A stretch of 64,000 nucleotides of DNA, taken from Eledone cirrhosa. Lineage: Eukaryota. A model generated the notes under the pieces. It saw nothing but the letters and a program-made list of their open reading frames with translations, was not told the DNA's origin and made no database searches. Both the position numbers and the translations under genes were made by a program. Positions 40,604-54,947 of this stretch are shown here, piece by piece; positions within the stretch are counted from its first letter, which is position 1, and each line of letters starts with the position of its first letter. The stretch lies in the NCBI GenBank assembly GCA_964016885.1, contig OZ024748.1, positions 2,046,001 through 2,110,000 on the forward strand, given 5' to 3'.

Positions 40604-40808
40604 CGGATTGGCAATATCGGTAGAGTGTCGGACGCCATGCTTTCCAGTGTAGTTACGGTCTGAATTCAAATCCTGTCGAGGTTAACTTTGCCTTTCATCC
40701 TTACGGGATCGATAAAATAAAGCACCAGTAATGTACTGGGGTCAATTTAATCGACTTCCCCTCCACCAAAAAATTGCTGGCCTTGTGCCTATATAAGAAA
40801 CCATTATT
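40604..40808 (+). mobile_element. SINE family A copy
   Basis: ggattggcaatatcggtag head, core and tail. Further partial copies at ~3770-3840, ~11160-11260, ~42775-42840, ~42900-43060, ~45165-45215 and ~38820-38960 (minus). Confidence 0.85.
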
Positions 40809-42588
40809 TTGTAGCTATTTCTGTAAACACTTACCAAGGCTATACTTAGTTTAATTTCAAAGTAGTATAGCCTACTTCAGAGAATTAATTAAACACCAGC
40901 CAATGAACAACATGCCTCGAGGCAACAAAGCTGACAGATAAACCTCATAATAAATAATCTATCTTATATCATTTCAAATCTACAATCTCCCACACACTTG
41001 GCCCAGATGTGCATAGAACTCAGAGCCACTCCAAAATAGCCTTCAAAGTCAATTGTATATTAACTAAAAGAATTAGGTAGAGTGTAGAACAAAATCATCA
41101 TCATCATCTTTATCATCACCATCATCATCATCATCATCATCATCATATTATCATCAGCCTTCTACGTCCGTTTTTTCCATGCTTGCATGGGTTAGACAAG
41201 TCTTTTCCAGTACTGCTTTCCATGTAGAAATAAAATCTAAGCTTTTAAGCCATTTTGACAGGCAGTAAAATCTTAAATAAATGAGTTTTGTTCAACATTT
41301 TCATTGATCAATTTCTGATTTAAATTCCTAAACAAGGCAGATATTTGGATGAGGTGCAGGTAAGGCATCATCACGGGAGCCTCTTAAAGGTCAACAGACC
41401 GGCTAGAAATAGTAGTGAGATCTCCCTCAAATCATACCCTACTGCCTTAAATAAGGGAAAGGCACTTTAGGTAATGTAGCGATACAGATCTCTATAAAGA
41501 CAGGATGGTCACATCTGGGATGGCATAAGTCATATGTATGGTCTCTCAGGACTGACTTTGGGGCTAAACACATAAAAAAAAGAAGTTGAACTCAAAGTAA
41601 CTTGGTGTGTATTAAATATATATATATATATATATATATATAGTATGTTTGAAGTATTCCCACCACCCACGTTTTAATGAAAACATTTCCACAAAAACAG
41701 GAAAGAGTTGGAATTGAAATGATTCCAGAATCTGTTAAGCAGATGCAGATGTGATATTTTAATGTTAACTAAATCTATTAATTAGAGGAGAAGTTTTCTG
41801 TACTGTATAATTATGAAGTTACAGATGCAGAAACATTCCAGTTTGATAATTCTTCTCACTTAAAAGCTAATTCAAAATTAAGTGAGATTTACACTGTGAG
41901 CAAAGTCACGCACTGTTTTCTACCAGATCTCTCTGTTTTAGTCTCGAACCACCCAAACCCACCCTTTATTCTCACTCCCAACTTCACCTTCATTTTGACA
42001 GAGGTGGGTTGATGATCAGTTTAGTTGAGGGAGCTGAGATTGTGTTTGATACTTGGTTTCATTTCCTGGTTGTATATGTTTTCACTTCACTTATATTGTT
42101 AATGACTTGAATGTGTCAACTTCCACTCCCTTCACCTCACACACCTACATATATAGCGACAGTCAATTGCCAAGATCCCAGACCTCATTCGCTTGGGGTG
42201 GAGCTCGTCAAAATTGGACCAAAGAAACAATGTTTCCATTGGTCTTTCCCATTGCTAATATTATCTGTTGGTCGCAAATCCAGAAGGAGCAATGTGAAAT
42301 AAAATGTCTGCTCAAAGACAAGGCCCAGGAATCGAAATTATATATATATATAGTAATAATAATTATGAAGACCAAAATCTGAAGAGGGCCAGTTTCAGAA
42401 GATCTCGTAATAGGGTGAAAGCAGCAATTATTTGCTTAAACTTTTAAATCTGTACTAATCATAAATATATATATACACACATCACACACATATATATATA
42501 TATATTTGCGTATTTAGTATCTTGTCTATCTTTTTTGTACACTTTTTTAACCCCCGTATTTATATCTATATTATACATTTTATTTCAG

Positions 42589-42687
42589 TATCATGAAAAA
42601 TGTGCTTCAAGTATAAAACAAGAATGTGATTTAGGGGAGTTCCGAGAGCATATTTTGCCACCGACATCCATTGTTCCAGCTGTTGTG
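42589..42687 (+). CDS. Dgk: DGK exon J, end of C1B plus extension (YHEKCASSIKQECDLGEFREHILPPTSIVPAVV)
   Basis: tatttcag acceptor, gtaaga donor; 99 nt, phase 0 to 0; ECDLG..R.HILPP..I.P is the DGK-specific C1B extension. Confidence 0.96.
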
Positions 42688-44029
42688 GTAAGAACCATTA
42701 TTTTATCAATAGATTTTCAGCTTTTAAACACCACATATGGTAAAATAGCGACCCATCATAGCTTTGTTCCATTGAAAATAAAGTACCAGTAATGTACTGG
42801 GTAATTGCTGGCCTTGTGCCAAAAGTAGAAACAATTATTGTTAGTATCTTTTTTTTAATTTTTTTTCAAATGTTTAGCAAATCTTTATTCCGGTTCTTTA
42901 TATTCTGAGTTCAAATTCTGCTGGGGTTAGCTTTGCCTTTTTCATCCTTATAAGGTTGATAAAATAAAGAATACCAGTAATGCACTGTGGTCGACTTAAT
43001 CGACTAACTCCTTCACTTAAAATTGCTGGCCTTGTGCCTATAGTAGAATCGATTATTATTATTGTTGTTATTGTTATTATTTATATATTGTTATATTTTC
43101 CTTTCTGTTCACAATTTATCAATGATTTCTCATTGTGTCTACAAAGGGTGTTGAAGTGTACGAATATTGAACAGCAGTTACTCAGGTATCACAGGTATTT
43201 ACTTAGATTAGGATCATTAGCTGATGTTTTACTTTACAAATCATGTACAGTTGTTTTTTTTTTGTTTTTTTTTTTATTTTCCAAAACTGTATTTTTACAT
43301 CATACAGCCTATACCTGGTAACACTTTGGGGGTTGCCTGAAAATATTTTAAGTTGATCCTTTTAAATCTCATCATAATTTGAATAAATCAAATTTTCCTT
43401 TAATATTCTTTATATGGAAAGTTAAAAGGTCTTTGTATTTTTGATTAAAGATTTAGTAAAGATAGTTTCTGGTCTATTAGCAAAAATAGTCTTATCAATG
43501 ATGGTAACATCCACACACCCACAATGGTGCAATATTAATCATAATTATTCACTGGTTCTAAGATGTTTCAGTGCAGACTTGAATGCTCTTTATACGCTTG
43601 TATATAGTCCATTTGACATATTTGCTCAGGAATCTGAGAATTTCATCTTACATGAGCTCATGTAACAATGCAGCCATTGTAATTATTATCATTAATATTA
43701 TTATCAATATTACTAGAGTTTTGTTCAATTTAACATTTTGAACTGTCACTGGCATCTTCAAGAATTCTTTTGCAGTCTTTGTTACTAACAATCAATATAT
43801 CTTTCAAATTTATAATTGCCAGTTGTGAAAGGTCAATAGTTATTGTTACTCATATTATATTTGCAATATATCCTTGTTAACATCATAGTATCTACAATTG
43901 CTACAATCCACTTCAATTTCGTACCATGTCAGTCTACTTACATATGATCTTCAAAGTCATAGTTTTCTATTCTCATGGGTATTTATCAGATATTTTTGCT
44001 AAACATGAAGAAATATTCCTGTGTGTTTC

Positions 44030-44093
<64 letters not shown>

Positions 44094-44444
44094 CACATAA
44101 TTTATCTTTACTATATACATTTACTAATATTTTGTAGTATTGTGTACTTATTTGAAATAATTCTCCTGTAATAAGAAAAAAACAATATAACACTATATAT
44201 ATATATATGTATATGTATCCATTTGTGTTTCCTGTTTAGAATAGGTACACTGTATCCTTGCATGTCATAAGAGGGCAACTGGCTGGTGGCACCAGGAAGG
44301 GCATCTGACTGTAATACCTTGCTTCAAAAAGCCCTCATGTCATGCGGTCTGCAAGGCTAAATTCTGCTTTATCTGGGGGAAAATGGTGTTAAACTGCTAG
44401 CTACATAAATTTATATTCAGACATACATTAATGCACATACATTC

Positions 44445-44478
44445 ATATATATGTATATATATATATATATATATATGC

Positions 44479-44520
<42 letters not shown>

Positions 44521-44605
44521 ATATATATACATATGTGTGTGTATATGTGTGTGTATGTATATATATGTGTGTGTATATATATATGTGTGTGTGTACATAT
44601 ATATA

Positions 44606-44640
<35 letters not shown>

Positions 44641-44707
44641 GTGTGTATATATATATATGTGTGTATATATATATGTGTGTGTGTGTATATATGTGTGTAT
44701 ATATATA

Positions 44708-44739
<32 letters not shown>

Positions 44740-44855
44740 GATATATGTATGTATGTGTGTGTATATATGTATGTATGTGTGTGTATATATGTATGTATGT
44801 GTGTGTATATATGTATGTATGTGTGTATATGTATGTATGTGTGTGTATATATATA

Positions 44856-44898
<43 letters not shown>

Positions 44899-44925
44899 GT
44901 GTGTATATATATAAATGTGTGTGTG

Positions 44926-44956
<31 letters not shown>

Positions 44957-45121
44957 ATGTATGTATGTGTATGTATGTATGTGTGTGTATGTATGTATGT
45001 GTGTGTATATATATATGTATGTGTGTGTATATATATATATATATGTGTGTGTATATATGTATGTATGTGTGTATATATATATATGTATGTATATATATAT
45101 ATATATAAATATATATATATA
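44445..45121. repeat. Compound (TA/TG)n microsatellite
   Basis: Seen directly in the sequence. Confidence 0.95.
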
Positions 45122-47240
45122 CTGGTATATGTCATGGCAGTAGATAAAATACGCCATTATTGTATAATGCACTGGGTAATTGCTGGCCTTGTGCCTAAAG
45201 TAGAAACAATTATTGTATTTGTAACATTTTAGCTCTATTGTTTAATATTTCAGGTCCTATATAAGGCTTTATTGATAAGTCACACGCAACCTTTCACACC
45301 TGATATTTTCTTTTGTAAAAGACTGTAATTATAAGTATATATGGTAATTATATATTTATCAGTAGTTATAGAAACTCTTTTATTAGATCATACATATAGA
45401 TTGGTTTTTGTTGTCATTTCTTAATATTTCATCACACATCTTGTATTTAAATAATAGCTGCTTTAGGATGATACCATCACCTGTTAAAAAGTCCTCTTAA
45501 CCAGACTGGTACAATGGAGATCATTGTTTTACAATCATAACACATGATTTAGTTTTTAGTTCTCAGTGGCTCAGATTTCAATTTTTATAGCAAAAGTTCA
45601 ACAATATAATTTCCATTTTTCTATTTAATGCTTTTCAATTTGCAGCACTAAAGCCTGTTATTTCATTAATTTTCAGAATCTTGTCTTTCCAAAGACCATA
45701 TCCCAAAATTGTTTCCTTTTTTTTTTTTGATATTTGGTGTTTTGCTGGTGTATTTTTTCTGTTGTGGCCCTATAAAAATTTAGATTTTGTCACAGACAGC
45801 AAACCTTTCCAAAAATGTAACACTTAGTCAAGCTGTATAAACTCTGTTATCAGGAAAATGTTGATCCTAAACTATATTAGGATTATAATAGTATATCTGT
45901 CCTAAAAATTAGTTAAAATCATTTTAATTAACAAATCAATATTTTAGATTTCATATAAATATATATAATTTTTTTTTTTTTTGCTACAGTTATTTCATGT
46001 GGGACTCATCATGCTTTGCTTTTGTCAAATCAATAGATAACATTTTATAAAACTATACAGTTGTACAAAACAAAATAAGATAATGCAATAAGCACCACTA
46101 AAACAACTGATTTGCTGACACCTGCAATTATAGCAATCAAATCTATTTAGGCAGCTTCCACTTGTTTCACTTAATGTTCTGTAATACCTGCCCTGTCATT
46201 CAGTCAGTATTCATTCAACACCTTTATAATATTTGACAGAAAATTACATACGCTTTTCTGTGTTGATGCAATGTTTCTTTTCTGGACACTCATGAAAATT
46301 GGGAGATTTTAATTTTAGAGATAGGGCTCCTAACATCTAAGATTAATCTAATATTATTGGTGTAAGCAGTTGATTTTGTATTATTACACTCCAACACTCC
46401 AATATATCTCTCTCTTCATATATATATATATATATTATTATTATTATTATTATTATTATTAGCACAGATTAAATGTTTAAGCAAACAATTTCTGCTTTCA
46501 CCCTAAGTGGGATCATCTGAAACTGAAAAATATTAATCTGTGGATACAGAAGTAAATATTTCAAAAAGATTACGACCAAATTTGCCTTTACAAAATAGAA
46601 AGACATGATGGTAGCACGTGAAGACGTTCTTGATATGTGGCAAAATGTATGCAAGGAGAATAACATTATTAAGTGAAGCGGGAGGAACAAATTCTTGCTA
46701 TGAAAATTCAGGCGACTAATTTTCTTTTTAGATTACCTGAATATATTGGGACAGAGCTAGAATCTCTGTAGCGGCTGCTGTTCACTTTGTTCTGTCCCAA
46801 GGAGTATCTTACCTGATTTTCTAAAGCTGTTATTCATAGCGATTTCTCTGCATCTGGATTCCAACATTTTAAATTTCAGATCTTTCAAACACCTCCATAA
46901 ATCGGTTGGGAGTTGTTGGAACGACGAATTGAGCTAGCTACCTACAATGGTACAGTGAAAGTGAGAACTTGATGCTTCATTACTGGTGGACTGGAGCAGT
47001 GTCAGCGGTTTTCCACCCCTGTTTTCCCCGCTCCACCATCAGCTTTTTGAGGCATTGTTTCCCAGTCGGGTGTGCATATTGAAAGTTATCATAGTGCACT
47101 CTGAATCAGGTGTAGCAAGCAGCCAGGCACCTGAAAGATGGGGATCCACACCAGGATAAAGCCAAAGGAAATTCTGGTAAAAATACAAATGGCCTCTGAT
47201 GTGCAAATCGATCATCAGATCCAGGTGTAGAGATGAAAGA

Positions 47241-47290
<50 letters not shown>

Positions 47291-48670
47291 TAATAATAAT
47301 AAATTTGAAGACTAAAATCCAAAGAAGGCTCGATAAGGATAAATGTATATCAAATATATAAGAACTGTAGAGCAAATATTTATTAAAATACCAGATTAAA
47401 GTTTAAGCAAAGAATCGCTGCTTTCACCCTTATATAGTCACGTGTGTCACCAGGCATTGGTGCTCGGGGGTGGGAGAAGTGGCGCTTCAGAACACTCTTT
47501 CACTTGGAACATATTTCAGGATGTTTTTTTTTTAGAAACTCTATTCCCTGAATCTGAAGGTACACCATTGGAAAGTAAACATACTATTCCTGGTGGGGGA
47601 ACTGTATTTCATATTGATCTAACAATATAAAATACCCTAACATAGAAAAATTGTATGTAAAACAGTGGAATAATAATAATAACAATATGCTTATTAAACA
47701 AATAGAGAATACTTATTACAGGTATGGATTTGATTAGGTATCTGAGTAAAATATGGAGAAATGAAAATTATTAGTGTTTTTTTTTTACTTTACTGTTTAG
47801 AAATACATTTCGAGTATTTAGAAAAAAATATTTAAGTTTCCATTCTTAGAATTTTCCCAAGTTTTTAACTGGTTATTTTTATTCCAACAAAGATAAATTT
47901 ACAATATTCAAAATTATTAGTGTTTTTTTCTTTCTCTTTACAATTTAGATATATATTCAAGCTCATTTGTTTTGTTCTTTATAATATTTAAAAATATTTT
48001 AAGTTTTATTCTCAAAAATGTTCATCAAGATTTTAAAATGGTTATTTTAAAATGCATTTACACTTATAATTTAAAATTATCAGCATTATTTCTTTTACGA
48101 ATATATTTAAGCTAATATTTATAATTCCTTCTAATAGTTTAGAATATTTTAAGCTTCATTCTAATAATTTTCACCCAGATTTTAAACTGATTATTTTTTA
48201 AAAATATATACTAACACAGATTATTCTGCATAGTAATATTCAAATTTATTAGTGATTTGTTTTACTTAACTGTTTAAGAATATATTTATCATAAGTTGAT
48301 TTTTTATTTAAACATTTGTTAAGCTTCATTTAAAAATTTTTCACAAGATTTTTCAGCTGGTTATTTTTAGAAGTTTTTATTCAAATAGAGTGATTTAGAA
48401 AATATATATCTAAGTTTTTTTTTAATTGTAGAAATCAATAAAATTTAATTTTTTTCTGTTCCTTCTAGTATTTTAATAAAAAATTTCTTTTAGAGGTATG
48501 ATTTTAATAATTCTTCAGGGTTACATTTAGATTGGGTTTTTTTTTCATTATTTTTTTGTGCTTTTTTTCTTTACTACATTATTTATCTTTTTGGGGGTTG
48601 GGGTTGATAGTTTTTCACAAACTAACTTAGCCAGAATAGTCTTCCATTCATCTATCTGTCTGTCTTCTAG

Positions 48671-48733
48671 GATTTAGCACGAAGACGCTCTCTTATTGGA
48701 GAAGAGAGCATAAATTTTAAATCTGATGGAAAC
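48671..48733 (+). CDS. Dgk: Probable DGK exon K, linker between C1B and the catalytic domain (DLARRRSLIGEESINFKSDGN)
   Basis: Strong acceptor (tctgtctgtcttctag) and donor (aac|gtgagt); 63 nt, phase 0 to 0, open in frame with exon J. The linker is poorly conserved, so there is no motif support. Confidence 0.7.
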
Positions 48734-49079
48734 GTGAGTAGTTATTTGGTGTTCCAGGTGTTGTGTGCCTTTTTCCAAAGGCTGATATATCATCAGTAGA
48801 GAATTTTGGCACATTTTGAGTTGGATTGCCCTTTACCAATATAACTAAATGAAGCAAAAATTCACACTATTTTTGATATGTCTTGCTTTTCTCTAAAACA
48901 CTGCTATATATTTCCTATTTCCACCACAAATGTCTTTAATTAGTATCTTCACTCATCAATTATTATCTGTCCCACTTTCCATGTCGTCGGATCTTTACTG
49001 GTTCCTTCTAAATAATTTGTTGATTATCATTAGATGAATATACACATACGTACTTACATACATATATACATACACACAC

Positions 49080-49111
<32 letters not shown>

Positions 49112-49428
49112 GCATGTGTGTTTATGTATATATATATGTATGTATATATATATGTGTATATATATAATATATATGTATATATATAATATATATGTATGTA
49201 TATATATAATATATATGTATATATATATATATATATATATTTAACCTGATTAAAACAATAGATACAGATAGTTTCAGTACTCTTCTCCCCCTAATAGTCC
49301 CAATAGCCAACCTATTTAATGTGTATATTAATATCATTATATTATAATTATTAGCTATCATAGGTATGGAAACGTAGATATGATTTAGAGATAACAATCC
49401 CAATCCTTCTTTTTTATTATTATCATTA

Positions 49429-49469
<41 letters not shown>

Positions 49470-52119
49470 TTGTTTTGATGTTATAAATGTTGTAATATTT
49501 TTCATTTTGATTGTGACTTAAATCTGTTTCTTTTCATGCAGCGCTGCTTTTTATTTCACATCCAGCATACACACACAATCCACACACACTTTATACATAC
49601 TGATAACACACCTAGTTGATATTTAAGAAATATTTATCCCTGTATATATTACTCTGTATTTGTTCAGAATTTCCTCACTTATGTCATTGTAGTAAAAAAC
49701 AACAACTAAATATTGCCAAAACTAAATAGTTTAACACAGCAACTGTGATCAATTTAAAGACCAAATATTTTAATATTTCCAAAACTAACTAATTTTAACA
49801 GAGTAACTGTGATCAGTTAAAAGATCAAATATTTTATCACCAAAGGTCAACATTCTTTTTCCCATTTGAATATTTCTCCCTCTAATTAAATGTTGAACTT
49901 TTTATTAATGCATTATTAAGTATGGATGAAAAAAAAAATATATATAGTGAAAGAATGAAGGGTATATATATATGTGTGTGCACGCGTGCGATTAAGAGTA
50001 GCTAAGAAAATATAATTTAGGGTGTCCAGTGGCCTAAATTTGGACAATAAATTAGGGGGTTGGGTGTATTAGATGATTTATTGAAATCATAATGTCAGAC
50101 AAAGAAGGAAAATGAGAAAAGAAAAATCTAACTGTAAGTGTTAGCACCTTTGAAGGAGGGGAGAGGTAATTTCAAGAAATTAAGAAAAAAATTCACAGCT
50201 GAATTTAAAATGCCTAGAAAAGGACTATCTATTCACTGTGAATGAGGTTGGTGTTAGGAAGGGCATCCAGCTGTAGATATCAAGCCAAAATCAGTTCCCA
50301 TATGAGCAAGACAAGATCACACGACCTGGCATTGTCCACAACAGGATAACCCATCTAACCCATGCTAGCATGGAAGAATGGACATAAAAGGTGATGATGA
50401 GGAGTTGGGTTAGTACATTAAGTACGTGATCTGCACTTAACTCTATGTTCTTCCTGCAGAATTCTTTCTGTGATATTTTCTTATGTAATAACTGACAAAT
50501 GATTCATTAAGCTTGTTTAAATATTGCAGACTGATATAATTTAGATCCAGTTACTCTGTTTTGATTATGTTAATTTAATTTATATTTGTTTTAAGTCTGT
50601 AGTTCCTAATTTACCTTGTTGTTGTTGTCATTGTTATTATCTCCATCTTGTTGTTGTCATTGTTGTTGTTGCATCACTCTCTAGCTAGTTATTGTTGTGT
50701 GTTTTCTGTTTATACAAATATATTTAACTAAAATTGATGTCTGCATATCCCTTTAATTTGTATGTTATTGTTATTTTTTATTTTTTTCTATTCTACATTT
50801 TATTTTGTCTTGTTGTAAGAATGCTATTATGTATTTATTTGTTGCTTGTTTTGTAATGAAATTAAACAAAATTATTCCATCAGCCATTAGGTTGATAGAA
50901 CATCTGTATATAAAGCTTTTGTCTTTGTGAAATGTTGTAAAGAGTTGTGTAAGAAACCAAATGTTCCAAAATTAATAACTACAACTGAAGTCCCAAGCCT
51001 GAAGTATATAAACTAGCTATAATAGCTCCATTTGGCAACTATGGCTTTGAGGATTTTTCAAAATCCTACCACTTTATATTACTACCAATTGACTCATTTC
51101 TTATATTGTATATATGAGATGATGTGTAAAGGTGAAGCTTGAAAGGGCAGTTGTAAAAGGACTAATTTACTCTTTGTTTCTGATAAATAAGTTAAGAAAA
51201 GGATAATCAGTACACACGGCCTTTTGCATGTCTTCCTGCCCTCCTCTTACGAGAGGTTAGATTGATGGAGGGATGACCAACCAAAACATCTAACAGTTAA
51301 TTTCTAGAGGAAATAGAGTAGAGATGAAATAGATTGTTTATAATTTTCAAATAATCAAGAATTTGGATGGCTTTATTAATGTCACCAACTTCCTCTTTAT
51401 CAAACTGGTGTTTAGAACATAACTTGACAAAATATCTTACATAAAATTATAATGGAAGGTTTTCAGATAAATATAAATAGATGAAATAAACAATTTTGTA
51501 TAATGAAATGAGAAGTGGTTTCATAACAAAAGAGTTAAACATTTAAGAATTCCAACAAAATCCTGATGCCGATACAAATATCTTTCAGGCAAAACACCTT
51601 CATGTTACAGACAAAAAAGATGGTGAAGAATATAGCAGCAACTGGACATATGTCTTGTGGTATTGCATATAATTCCTTACAAGTCCAAAATTAAAAGAAA
51701 AATGCCAGGGCCTTTCACATTGCCTGTCATCTCTCAAATGTCAATAAAAAATAAGTAGCAGTGATCTAATGTATTAGGAATGGTGGTAGTGGTGGTGGTG
51801 AGATACTGTAGGGGGTGATTGTGGTGTGCTGGTGGTGAGGTGGTCTCCAGTCAACTATTCACCTTCTTTACAATGCTTAGAAATCAATATTGTTGGTAAC
51901 ATTGCTTTAAAGTTATATTTAGTGACTAATGTAAATAAAACAAACCGAAAAATATGTTTTTTCTTTACACTTATTAGCCATTTTTAAATATATGCACATG
52001 TACATATGCACATACACATATAGACACACACATACACATATATACCTTCCTCAGTAAACAGCGAATCTACTGAACCACATGCATATATATATATATACAT
52101 ACATATATATATATATATT

Positions 52120-52176
<57 letters not shown>

Positions 52177-52180
52177 TTAC

Positions 52181-52224
<44 letters not shown>

Positions 52225-52225
52225 T

Positions 52226-52293
<68 letters not shown>

Positions 52294-52297
52294 TATA

Positions 52298-52658
52298 TTT
52301 TTAGTATATGTTGGTTATATACCAACACCTCAGTATGCAGATTGGAGCACTCGACGAAGTGCGCAGGTTGGTTTGGTTACTCCGGAGTAGTGTAAAATAA
52401 AATAAAATAAATAAGTCAAATGTTTAAAATTTGGCTTCGTTTATTACTGCTATATATATTTCTGTGACAGCCATCTTTGGCTGTGACCTCTTCAGGCAAT
52501 CTGAATTAGTGTGGTAGAGACGAGTACACTTGTTGTTGAGGTGTATAACTTTGTCAATACTCTGATATGCCCAGTTCCTGGTTGGGTTGTTATTTCACTG
52601 AGGAACTGGAATCATCTGCATACTGAGGTGTTGGTATACAACCAACATATACTCAAAA
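52298..52658. mobile_element. ~360-bp element with 45-bp terminal inverted repeats, inserted in (TA)n
   Basis: 52298-52342 (tttttagtatatgttggttatataccaacacctcagtatgcagat) is the reverse complement of 52614-52658 with 2 mismatches. Confidence 0.8.
52446..52500 (-). ncRNA. Minimal type I hammerhead ribozyme motif (Penelope-like), slightly degenerate
   Basis: Minus strand AUUGC CUGAAGA GGUCACAGCCA-AAGA-UGGCUGUCACA GAAA UAUAUAUA GCAGU: CUGANGA and GAAA core, stem II 9 of 11 bp, palindromic stem III, AUA cleavage triplet, stem I AUUGC/GCAGU. Confidence 0.65.
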
Positions 52659-52659
52659 T

Positions 52660-52680
52660 ATATATATATGTATATATATG

Positions 52681-52737
<57 letters not shown>

Positions 52738-52759
52738 GTATATATATATGTATATATAT

Positions 52760-52800
<41 letters not shown>

Positions 52801-52814
52801 TGTATATATATATG

Positions 52815-52845
<31 letters not shown>

Positions 52846-52882
52846 GTATATATATATGTATATATATATGTATATATATATG

Positions 52883-52915
<33 letters not shown>

Positions 52916-53357
52916 GTATATATATATGTATATATATATGTATATATATATGTATATATGTATATATATATGTATATATGTATATATATATATATGTATA
53001 TATATATGTATATATATATATGTATATATATATGTATATATGTATATGTATATATATATATGTATATATATATATGTATATATATATATGTATATATGTA
53101 TATATATATGTATATATATATATGTATATGTATATATATATATGTATATATATATATGTATATATATATATATGTATATATATATATGTATATATATATA
53201 TGTATATATATATATGTATATATATATATGTATATGTATATATGTATATATATATATGTATATGTATATATGTATATATATATATGTATATATATATATG
53301 TATATATATATATGTATATATATATATATGTATATGTATATATATATATATGTATAT

Positions 53358-53403
<46 letters not shown>

Positions 53404-53752
53404 GTATATGTATATATATATATGTGTATATGTATATATATATGTGTATATGTATATATATATATGTGTATATGTATATATATATATGTATATATGTATA
53501 AATATATATGTATATATGTATATATATATATATATGTATATATGTATATATATATATTTATATATATATATTTATATATATATATGTATATATGTATAAA
53601 TATATATGTATATATGCATATATATATATTTATATATATATATTTATATATATATTTATATATATATATATATATATGTATAAATATATATGTATATATA
53701 TATATGTATATATGTATATATATATATGTATATATGTATATATGTATATATG

Positions 53753-53783
<31 letters not shown>

Positions 53784-53990
53784 GTATATATGTATATATG
53801 TATATATATTTATATATATATATTTATATATATATATTTATATATTTATATATATATATGTATATATATATATTTATATATATATATTTATATATATATA
53901 TGTATATATATATATTTATATATATATATGTATATATATATATGTATATATATATGTATATATATATATGTATATGTATATATATATATT

Positions 53991-54021
<31 letters not shown>

Positions 54022-54044
54022 TTATATATATATATGTATATATG

Positions 54045-54089
<45 letters not shown>

Positions 54090-54102
54090 GTATATATATA
54101 TG

Positions 54103-54137
<35 letters not shown>

Positions 54138-54809
54138 GTATATATATATATTTATATATATATATGTATATGTATGTATATGTATATATATATATTTATG
54201 TATATGTATGTATATGTATATATATATATTTATATATGTATATGTATATATATATATTTATATATGTATATGTATATATATATATTTATATATATATATG
54301 TATATATATATATTTATATATAAAATATTAAACAAATAATGAATAAAACAATGAAACAGTTCCTTATATTAAACAAAAAAAGTTCATTATTTAACGATCG
54401 TTTCTAGGATATATATGTGTTAGAATTGGCATGCATATTCAACAGATCTATGTACAAAATTATACAAAATTATACAAACAATATATATATGTATATATAT
54501 ATATTTATATATATATATTTATATATATATATGTATTTATATATATATATGTATTTATATATATATATGTATATATATATATTTATATATATATATGTAT
54601 ATATATATATATGTATATATATATGTATATGTATATATATATATTTATATATGTATATGTATATATATATATTTATATATATATATGTATATATATATAT
54701 TTATATATATATATGTATATATATATATTTATATATATATATGTATATATATATTTATATATATATATGTATATATATATTTATATATATATATATGTAT
54801 ATATATATT

Positions 54810-54840
<31 letters not shown>

Positions 54841-54916
54841 GTATATATATATATTTATATACATACATGTATATATATATATTTATATACATACATGTAT
54901 ATATATATATTTATAT

Positions 54917-54947
<31 letters not shown>

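Noticed and set aside
54388-54404. Minus-strand GAAACGATCGTTA, like the 3' half of a hammerhead
   Set aside because: No CUGANGA or stem II upstream; at best a truncated remnant.
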